A DNA stretch of 64,000 nt from a virus. The first letter of the stretch is position 1. Every line of letters begins with the position of its first letter. Location of the stretch: IMG/VR virus record IMGVR_UViG_3300029267_002377, positions 1 through 64,000 of that record. The stretch is one strand, 5' to 3'. Shown here piece by piece: positions 37,527 to 44,813 of the stretch. The notes under the pieces were generated by a model. It made no database searches. It was not told the origin of the DNA and saw nothing but the letters and a program-made list of their open reading frames with translations. Position numbers and translations under genes: made by a program.

Positions 37527-37530
37527 GGGT

Positions 37531-38415
37531 ATGTTAACTTCAGCATCCGCCATCTCCCAATTTGTCAAACTACAGCCGTCAGGTGAACGTCTCACTGGGC
37601 TTTGTCCCTTTCACAACGACGAAGTTAGTAGTTTAGTTGTTTACCCGGGAGACCGTGGTTGGTACTGCTTCGGTTGTGGTCGTGGGGGTGGAGTTATTCA
37701 ATTCCTCATAGAAAGGGGAATGACCTACTCCCAAGCCAAGCAATGGTGCGACCTAAGAGAAGGCAAGATCCCCGAACCGCAGTTCACCCCACAGTTCAAA
37801 AAGAAAAAGAAAGCCAAACCTTCTCACCAGGTTGTAGATTACTGGCATTCGCTTCTAGGAGATCACAGAGAATATTTTCATTCAAGGTTGTTAACAGATG
37901 AAACAATTAACAAATACCGACTTGGGTGGACAGGTATACGTTTCTCAATTCCCTTCTGGTCAAGGGAACCGGGTAATAGCCAAGTTGTAGCAGTTCAAAG
38001 TAGGAGGAACAGTGGTGGAGGACCAAAGTACAGGTGGGAGTTGGGGAGTCAGCCTCATGTATTCAACTTGGGTGATGTTAAGGGATCTGGAACTATTTTG
38101 GTCTTTTTCTCAACGTTGGATGCGCTCTTGGCAAGACAGGACGGATTACGAGCGGTCGCAGCTCCTGGACAGACAGTGGGAGTTTCGTCGTGCCGTGCTG
38201 AGCTCGCCTCAAAAACGAAGGATATGCTAGGATCTAGGGATATGATTGTCATTCCTGACCGAGGAGAGGAGCAGATGGGTTATAAGCTAGCTCATCTCCT
38301 AAGTTGTGAAGTGTTTGAGTGGCCGGAAGGTCTGTTCACAGATTATTGTGAGTTTCGTTTACAGAATGAAGCGAGAATTTTTAAAAATTTATTGGGAGGG
38401 TATTATGGCGACTGA
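37531..38415 (+). CDS. DnaG-like primase (CHC2 zinc finger plus divergent TOPRIM)
   Basis: GLCPFHND...WYCFGC; PKY motif; start moved to ATG 37531 just after array 4. Confidence 0.82.
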   Translation: MLTSASAISQFVKLQPSGERLTGLCPFHNDEVSSLVVYPGDRGWYCFGCGRGGGVIQFLIERGMTYSQAKQWCDLREGKIPEPQFTPQFKKKKKAKPSHQVVDYWHSLLGDHREYFHSRLLTDETINKYRLGWTGIRFSIPFWSREPGNSQVVAVQSRRNSGGGPKYRWELGSQPHVFNLGDVKGSGTILVFFSTLDALLARQDGLRAVAAPGQTVGVSSCRAELASKTKDMLGSRDMIVIPDRGEEQMGYKLAHLLSCEVFEWPEGLFTDYCEFRLQNEARIFKNLLGGYYGD

Positions 38416-38602
38416 TAGAGAGCTAATTGACTTTAAAAATTTGGCGACGAGCTCAAAAGTACTAGAGGAGCCAGATGAGGAGCAAGCCGCAATTAACGGT
38501 CAGTTTTTTGTGGAGGCTATTGATCTAGTCCCGGCGCTAGTTGATGAGGTTATAAGTTATAGAAAATTCCAACGAGTTAAGCTTTTCGACGATGAGTATT
38601 AA
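38405..38602 (+). CDS. Hypothetical protein
   Basis: GGAGG RBS before ATG 38405. Confidence 0.55.
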   Translation: MATDRELIDFKNLATSSKVLEEPDEEQAAINGQFFVEAIDLVPALVDEVISYRKFQRVKLFDDEY

Positions 38603-38604
38603 AA

Positions 38605-38787
38605 ATGGATCCAAACTGGTATGGTTGTCAAACCTGCGCAAAAAAAGAAGAGTGCGACTTAGTACCTAAGAAAACAGAGGGAAAGAAGACCTTGCTATGG
38701 CCTATGACATATTGTCCGGAGCGTGTAGATGAAAGTCGCAGATTACGAGAGGGCGGTGATAGCGGGGATTCTGCTAAACCCGAGTGA
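38605..38787 (+). CDS. Small Cys-containing protein
   Basis: CQTC...C...C. Confidence 0.4.
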   Translation: MDPNWYGCQTCAKKEECDLVPKKTEGKKTLLWPMTYCPERVDESRRLREGGDSGDSAKPE

Positions 38788-40183
38788 GTTGCTAAATCCA
38801 ATAGCAGCTGAACTGTCAGAAGACAAGTTCGGCTATGGGCCAGGTCACGAAAGAGCAGACAGTCACAAGTTAATATATCAAGGAATACTGGACTTAAAAA
38901 TCAATAAGAAACCTATAGACCTGGCCAACCTTGAAAAACAACTAGGCGACACTCTAGAGATGGCAGGAGGTTCAGTATATTTGAGAAGCATACTGGATGT
39001 TCCTGAAAAATTGAGATTGTCAATAAATAGACCTGCGGTATTTAGTTGGGCGCAGGTAGTGGACGATGCGGGTCGACTGAGACATTTGGGAATGGTGATT
39101 GACACTTACCACCAAAAGTATCAGGATTTTGAGAATCTTGTATCAACTGTCTCCGATGTGGATGCTTTTATGAGTGACGTGGTGGGAGATATTCAAAAAG
39201 CGCAGGGGTTGCTGAGGCATGAGTATAGACCATTCCGAGAGGGTGTGGAGGAGTTTAGGCGGCACTTGGCGCATAACATCGTGGGAGAGGTTACACAGAT
39301 ACTTCCTATGGGATGGCCAGCGCTTTTTCAAATGGGGATACCTCCGAAGCAGGGCTTAATGGTGATCTCAGGGCTTGAGGGCTCGGGCAAGACTCAGTTG
39401 CTCCTACAGATTCTCCTAGGCCGAGTAATTCAGATGAAAGCCAACAACCAACCAGGTTGCGTCGCGTTCAATTCGTACGAGATGCCGGGGTGGAAGTTAG
39501 CAAAGAGGTTAGCGTGTTGCCTGGCGGGGGTAGATGGGCACCAACTGGCATTGGGACAGTATGAAGAAGACAGCGATGAAGTTCGGCGAGTTCAGGAGGC
39601 TTTGGAGTTTCTTGAGACTTTACCAATTTACTATGATGATTCTCAAATGATGACCTCAGATGCTATTCACTGGCAATCAAACGCCTTACATGCCAATTGT
39701 GGGCCACTGACAGATTTGGGAATTGATTATGCTGAGCTGGTTCCCGATAAAGCAGAAACAGAGGAGTTGAGGGTATCTAGAATCTATAAAAACGCAGCAA
39801 GGTTGGTTGCGATTGGTGCTACATCGTACATGGTGTCCCAACTCAACCGAGGGGCACAGATGACTACTTCAAAACTGGGGGGCAAGGGTAGATTGCGCTA
39901 CACCGGAGTTGCTCAGCATGTGTCTCATGCCATCGGGGAGTTGTATAATATACCCGCTATGCTTGCTGCGGGGGAGGAGTTCTCTATCCCCGATGAGTAC
40001 GATAAAGACAAGGCTTATTTTATTTTGGAAAAGAACCGAGATGGCCCAACAGGGGCGATTCCTTTGACCTGGGATGGACCTTGCACGAGATTTGCTGATG
40101 ACTCATTATCAAAGAAGTTTGGACCGTCTTCGTTGTATGAAAATCTAGACAGAGTAAGATCAATGACAGTAGGAGATTTTTAA
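38729..40183 (+). CDS. dnaB: DnaB-like replicative helicase
   Basis: GLEGSGKT, SYEM, IDYAEL, SQLNR and LEKNRDGPTG motifs. Confidence 0.92.
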   Translation: MKVADYERAVIAGILLNPSELLNPIAAELSEDKFGYGPGHERADSHKLIYQGILDLKINKKPIDLANLEKQLGDTLEMAGGSVYLRSILDVPEKLRLSINRPAVFSWAQVVDDAGRLRHLGMVIDTYHQKYQDFENLVSTVSDVDAFMSDVVGDIQKAQGLLRHEYRPFREGVEEFRRHLAHNIVGEVTQILPMGWPALFQMGIPPKQGLMVISGLEGSGKTQLLLQILLGRVIQMKANNQPGCVAFNSYEMPGWKLAKRLACCLAGVDGHQLALGQYEEDSDEVRRVQEALEFLETLPIYYDDSQMMTSDAIHWQSNALHANCGPLTDLGIDYAELVPDKAETEELRVSRIYKNAARLVAIGATSYMVSQLNRGAQMTTSKLGGKGRLRYTGVAQHVSHAIGELYNIPAMLAAGEEFSIPDEYDKDKAYFILEKNRDGPTGAIPLTWDGPCTRFADDSLSKKFGPSSLYENLDRVRSMTVGDF

Positions 40184-40453
40184 GTGCCGAGGATTGTGGT
40201 GACAATAGCTCTACTAATAATTGTTTTCCTTATGAGTTGTGCTCCATCTCCAGGAGGTCCAAGTTATTGTAACTCTTTATGGGCCGATTGTCCAGGAGTG
40301 GTAAACGACTACATGATCTGTAGTAGGGCAAAAGACCTGGAACAAGAAGTTCACGGAGACACAAGGTTTTTCAGTTATTACAACTGCAACATAAACCGCC
40401 GCACCCCTACACTGTCTGTTCCTGTAGAATGTGATGTTAGATTTAAGTATTGA
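40184..40453 (+). CDS. Putative lipoprotein
   Basis: Signal peptide with LMSC lipobox-like site. Confidence 0.5.
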   Translation: MPRIVVTIALLIIVFLMSCAPSPGGPSYCNSLWADCPGVVNDYMICSRAKDLEQEVHGDTRFFSYYNCNINRRTPTLSVPVECDVRFKY

Positions 40454-40593
40454 GAAGGATTGAAAATGTACGCTAAGGTTGCTACTGAGACTCGTGTGGG
40501 CCCAGTGGTTTGGAAAGGGATGTTTGAGTTTTCTGTTAGACATATAATTGCTTCTATCTGTATACTATTTTTTGCAGGAGTCCTGAGAGACCT

Positions 40594-40881
40594 ATGGAAG
40601 AAGCCTTATTAAGCGCAGCTAAGTCTCCAGCGGGCGGTGCGTCTGTTATCGCTAAGTTAATACAGAAAAGACCTAAGGAAGCTGGAAAGGCTTTGGCGGA
40701 GGTTGGAAAAGAGGTACTTATGCTGCTATCTCGCTCTCCTAGGGACCTGGCGGATTTGTTTGAGAGCGTGAACAAAGATGCTAGGGTAATTCTGTGTGCT
40801 GAGATGCCATACGAAGCTTTAATGAATATGGCAAGATCTCCAGGTGACTGGAGAAGAGTTCAGAAGTCATTGGAGGATTGA
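40594..40881 (+). CDS. Hypothetical protein
   Basis: ORF coupled to queD. Confidence 0.55.
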   Translation: MEEALLSAAKSPAGGASVIAKLIQKRPKEAGKALAEVGKEVLMLLSRSPRDLADLFESVNKDARVILCAEMPYEALMNMARSPGDWRRVQKSLED

Positions 40882-41444
40882 AGATGTACACCATGAGAGT
40901 GAAGAGTCATTTTGACGCCGCTCACCTTCTACCCCACTATGGAGGCAAGTGCAGACGGCTACACGGGCACCGGTGGGAGGTGGAGGTAGTGTTGGAATCA
41001 AATAAACTAAATAAAGACGGCTTTGTAGTTGACTTTGCGATTGTTAAAGATCTCATTGAGCAAGTGATACCCGATCACAAACCATTAAACGCTGGACAGT
41101 ATATTTTTAGTCTTCTTTCCATGTTTCCTGAATATGAGGCAGAACTGACAATGGTGGCCAGCGTATTAGGGAACTGGCTTTCAGATCCAACTGCTGAGAG
41201 GATTGCAGAGGCGATATATATGGGGATGCAAAAGGAGGTAGATCTCCAGGAACTTAATGTTAATCTAACTGAGGTGACCGTTTGGGAATCTCCTAACTGC
41301 TCAGTAACATATAGACCAGATTCCCTTCCTATATTTTGTGACTCAGGGGATTACTATTCTAAATTTGGACACATTCCTATAGTGTTTGAAAAGGATCGTG
41401 TTATAGTGGAACCTGTGAAAGGAGATAAAATTGAGAATCCATGA
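40878..41444 (+). CDS. queD: 6-carboxytetrahydropterin synthase
   Basis: FDAAH...KC-x-RLHGH, VDF, DH, PTAE and VWES motifs. Confidence 0.95.
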   Translation: MKMYTMRVKSHFDAAHLLPHYGGKCRRLHGHRWEVEVVLESNKLNKDGFVVDFAIVKDLIEQVIPDHKPLNAGQYIFSLLSMFPEYEAELTMVASVLGNWLSDPTAERIAEAIYMGMQKEVDLQELNVNLTEVTVWESPNCSVTYRPDSLPIFCDSGDYYSKFGHIPIVFEKDRVIVEPVKGDKIENP

Positions 41445-42009
41445 GATCTTTCAAAGTATCCAAGGTGAAGGCGCTAACACAGGTTTGCCCATGACCTTCA
41501 TCCGTACCTACGGCTGTAATCTAAGTTGCCGGTGGTGCGACACCCCGCAGGATGGTTATACTGAGATGGAGATTAACGATATTGTTGCTCATATCCGGGA
41601 CGATTGGGTTTGTATCACAGGAGGAGAACCTACCATTCATTCAGAACTTTTCTTGCTCAGTGAGGCTCTATGTAACGCAGGTTATATGGTTTCACTAGAG
41701 ACAAACGGCACAAATCCAATTCCGTTTGGTTTTCACTGGGTTTGTGTGTCTCCCAAAAGCCAATGGCCAGAGCAAGAAGTTTTTGACGCTGCAGATGAGG
41801 TAAAGTTGCTTGTTGGGGCTGATTTCTATGATGCAAAGACAATAGTCCGAGACTTTGCCGGGGGTTGGATTAAGGAGCAAAAGGTCGTCTCTGTTCAACC
41901 TGTGTGGGATGAAAATTATGAGCAGAACCTGGAAGATGCGATTAAGATCGCTCAGTTCTATGGGGTGCGGTTGAGTGTGCAGGTCCATAAGTATATTCAG
42001 GTGAAATAA
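41431..42009 (+). CDS. queE: 7-carboxy-7-deazaguanine synthase (radical SAM)
   Basis: EIFQSIQGEG, CNLSCRWCDT, TGGEP, ETNG, SPK and QVHK motifs. Confidence 0.95.
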   Translation: MRIHEIFQSIQGEGANTGLPMTFIRTYGCNLSCRWCDTPQDGYTEMEINDIVAHIRDDWVCITGGEPTIHSELFLLSEALCNAGYMVSLETNGTNPIPFGFHWVCVSPKSQWPEQEVFDAADEVKLLVGADFYDAKTIVRDFAGGWIKEQKVVSVQPVWDENYEQNLEDAIKIAQFYGVRLSVQVHKYIQVK

Positions 42010-42590
42010 TGAAATATGACGAGACTTTAGTAGAGTTAGCAGTCTACAACCTAATAAAGGGCTTGGGAATTAACCTTAAAGATCCTGATATAGATTCTAT
42101 TTTCAAAGACAATTTCCAAGGCACTCCGAAACGAGTGGCTAGAGCCTTTCGGGAACTTTGTCGAGGACTCTATGAGCGAGACAAAATAGAGGAAATTCTA
42201 TCAACTACCTTCCCTTGTGATTATGATGAGATGGTAGTGGTTACGGATATTGAGGCGGTGGGAGTTTGTCCCCATCACCTGATGCCTGTGAGGTATAAAA
42301 TCCACGTGGGGTACATTCCCAGCAAGAACGGAATGGTTTTGGGGTTGTCAAAGATTCCTCGGCTTGTGTGTCTACTGGCTGCTCGTCCAGTTCTGCAAGA
42401 GCAATTGACTAAAGACATCGCAGACATTTTCGAGGCAAATTTAGAGCCTTTGGGAGTGATGGTTGTAGTTAATGGCGTGCGTTCTTGCATACAACGTCAG
42501 GTAGACGGGCTAAGGATAACATCAGTTACTAGGGGGGTATTTGAGGATGCTTTGGCTAAGACTGAGTTTTTAAATCTAACAGGTAAATGA
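42009..42590 (+). CDS. folE: GTP cyclohydrolase I (C-terminal region divergent)
   Basis: TPKRVA, CPHH-x-x-P, GLSK-x-x-R and LQEQLT motifs. Confidence 0.9.
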   Translation: MKYDETLVELAVYNLIKGLGINLKDPDIDSIFKDNFQGTPKRVARAFRELCRGLYERDKIEEILSTTFPCDYDEMVVVTDIEAVGVCPHHLMPVRYKIHVGYIPSKNGMVLGLSKIPRLVCLLAARPVLQEQLTKDIADIFEANLEPLGVMVVVNGVRSCIQRQVDGLRITSVTRGVFEDALAKTEFLNLTGK

Positions 42591-43633
42591 GAGATATGTC
42601 CAGGAAGATAATACGCGAGTTAGCGGGGCACCAAAAAGAAAAATTAGTGAGTTTAATGTTCGATTACCACCGCTCCCACGGGTTCCCTTACCCAGAAATG
42701 AGAGATTATGAAATTTGGAAAGATTTCTTTGTTCTGCAGAATATGGATGCAAAAATAACAGAGCATTATGAACCCCTTTTTGATTGCACCAGCAGGTCTA
42801 TTGAGATTAGAAGTGAAGGCATGAGGGCGGCGACCTATTTTCACTCACATATTTGGGACAGCTATGCTATTGGAATGAGATCACCTATGGGTTCCTACGT
42901 GGATGATGGTCTGCTACAAAGGGCCATTGAGCTGGCCATTGAGATTGATGGAGATATAGGTGACTTGTATGTGAGAAATAAATTAGGGTTGGTAAGGGGC
43001 GCCCAAAGGTGCAGCAATTTCCGTCCATCCGCTGCAAAAGCAATCTACAAAAGATATGTACCTCTGGATGCGGAGTGTGTGCTTGACCCTAGCTCTGGAT
43101 ATGGTGGTCGTCTGTTGGGTTTTTTGTCCTTGGAAATGGGTGCCAAATACGTGGGTGTGGACCCGTCATTGCCGAGTTGTGAGGGTAACGAGAAAATGGC
43201 GGAATTCTTTGGTAGAAGCAATAAGGTTGAAATGGTGAATTCGCCGTTTGAGGATGTGGATTTGGGTGGCCGTAAATTTGATTTCGCTTTTACCAGCCCA
43301 CCTTACTTTAAGAAGGAGATTTACTCAGAAGAGGATACCCAAAGTTGTCATCGGTACCCAGATTATCAATCGTGGTTGGATGGTTTCCTACTACCTATGG
43401 TAACCAAGGTATTTGAGCATTTAAAGCCAGGGTGTCTTTTTGCACTGAATATCAACGATGTCAATATCAAATCGAAGCACTATCCCCTGGTGCAAGACAC
43501 AATCAAGCTGTTTACGGCTGTGGGGTTTACCGAGTTCGAGAGGTTGGAGATGTGCTTCAGTACCTTGGGCAAAAACCTTGAGAAAACAAAATCGGAGCCT
43601 ATTCTTGTTTTCTGTAAACCTTCTTACATATAG
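42587..43633 (+). CDS. Amino-DNA methyltransferase
   Basis: NFRP, LDPSSGYGGRL and FTSPPY motifs. Confidence 0.85.
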   Translation: MRDMSRKIIRELAGHQKEKLVSLMFDYHRSHGFPYPEMRDYEIWKDFFVLQNMDAKITEHYEPLFDCTSRSIEIRSEGMRAATYFHSHIWDSYAIGMRSPMGSYVDDGLLQRAIELAIEIDGDIGDLYVRNKLGLVRGAQRCSNFRPSAAKAIYKRYVPLDAECVLDPSSGYGGRLLGFLSLEMGAKYVGVDPSLPSCEGNEKMAEFFGRSNKVEMVNSPFEDVDLGGRKFDFAFTSPPYFKKEIYSEEDTQSCHRYPDYQSWLDGFLLPMVTKVFEHLKPGCLFALNINDVNIKSKHYPLVQDTIKLFTAVGFTEFERLEMCFSTLGKNLEKTKSEPILVFCKPSYI

Positions 43634-43833
43634 GGTCCTTTGCCTCTGCTTATAGTTGCGTTAGCTATCGCCTCATCTCGGGTTTCTTTCTCAAACCTAT
43701 CTACGTTAAACTCGCTGATCTGTTCGCGCAGAGCCTCCTCGGGAGAAAGTATGGGTCGTTCTTTTAACAATGCCTCTAGCTCTTCTTGGGACAATTTTCG
43801 TTTTGTTATTGGGGAACATTTCCTACGGGACAT
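43624..43833 (-). CDS. Small protein in an antisense promoter cassette
   Basis: AGGAGG RBS; promoter at 43852-43900. Confidence 0.65.
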   Translation of the reverse strand: MSRRKCSPITKRKLSQEELEALLKERPILSPEEALREQISEFNVDRFEKETRDEAIANATISRGKGPYM

Positions 43834-43851
43834 TTTGCACCTCCTGACTAT

Positions 43852-43900
43852 ATTATAACACAAATTATGGGATTTGTCAAGTGGTAAACCTTAAAGATTT
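43852..43900 (-). promoter_or_regulatory. Sigma70 promoter with degenerate upstream box
   Basis: AAATCTTTAAGGTTTACCAC-TTGACA-N17-TATAAT on the minus strand. Confidence 0.8.
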
Positions 43901-44813
43901 CCCTGCGTACGCGGAAGACGGCTATAGGCAACTTATGAACTACTATACCCCCGTTGAGAGGGTGGATGGTTATTACTACAAACGAGACGATTATTTTTCC
44001 CTGGGAGGGTTGTTAGGTGGTAAAGTACGTCAATGTTTATCTCTAGTGCATCACAATTTGCCAGACATACGATCAAGGTGCAGTGGAGGATTAGCAACCT
44101 CTGCCGGTTTGCCTTCTCCACAATCTTGCATAATGGCGGGTGTGGCGAGATATTTTGGTTTGCAATCCGCCGTAGCGGTATTTCGGTATGACAATACTGT
44201 TGTAGATTTTAATCGCATAAACGTGTCGTTGGCGCAGAAGCTGGGAGCTACCATTTATGGAGTTGATTGCCCACGGAAATCATCAGTGGACAAGGCAGGT
44301 AGAGAACTAGCCCGTTCTCTAAATTATTACCACGTTGATTTTGGTATGGCCGGTACTTTTGTAATGGATGTGGTCGCCAATCAGTGTAACAATATACCAG
44401 ATGATGTTGAAAGCATTGTTATTGTCGCCGGTAGTGGGTTTTCGGCGTTGGGTGTGGCGTTGGGTGCTAAGAAATTTGACAAAAACATTTCCACAATATA
44501 CGTTGTGTGCTTAAGTAACTACTTTAACAAGAACAAACGCCAGTGGTACGATGTCTTAGATGGTAATGTTAAGTTTAAAGGTGATTTGGTTGAAATAAAA
44601 TCTCCTATACCCTACCATAGGCTGTATAACCCCGGCAATGATTTCCGCTTTGACTTGACCTACGAAAGCAAGGCACACCAATGGATGTTGAACTATATAA
44701 AACCGAATGGTAAAACACTCTTTTGGGTGGTAGGTAAGCGGGAATACAATATAAACTATGTTGAGCCGATAAATTGGCACGAGTTGCCCCCTAGAAAAGG
44801 TCTACTGTTTTGA
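43881..44813 (+). CDS. PLP-dependent enzyme, ACC deaminase/D-cysteine desulfhydrase-like fold (start uncertain)
   Basis: TPVE, KRDD...GGKVRQ, SPQ, AGSG-x-S-x-x-G and D-x-x-YE-x-K motifs. Confidence 0.8.
   Translation: MVNLKDFPAYAEDGYRQLMNYYTPVERVDGYYYKRDDYFSLGGLLGGKVRQCLSLVHHNLPDIRSRCSGGLATSAGLPSPQSCIMAGVARYFGLQSAVAVFRYDNTVVDFNRINVSLAQKLGATIYGVDCPRKSSVDKAGRELARSLNYYHVDFGMAGTFVMDVVANQCNNIPDDVESIVIVAGSGFSALGVALGAKKFDKNISTIYVVCLSNYFNKNKRQWYDVLDGNVKFKGDLVEIKSPIPYHRLYNPGNDFRFDLTYESKAHQWMLNYIKPNGKTLFWVVGKREYNINYVEPINWHELPPRKGLLF

Noticed and set aside
37261-37530. 90-aa N-terminal extension of the primase in the ORF track (also the 36377 start of the HNH)
   Set aside because: It is the translation of the hairpin and pentamer arrays; the primase domain begins near ATG 37531.
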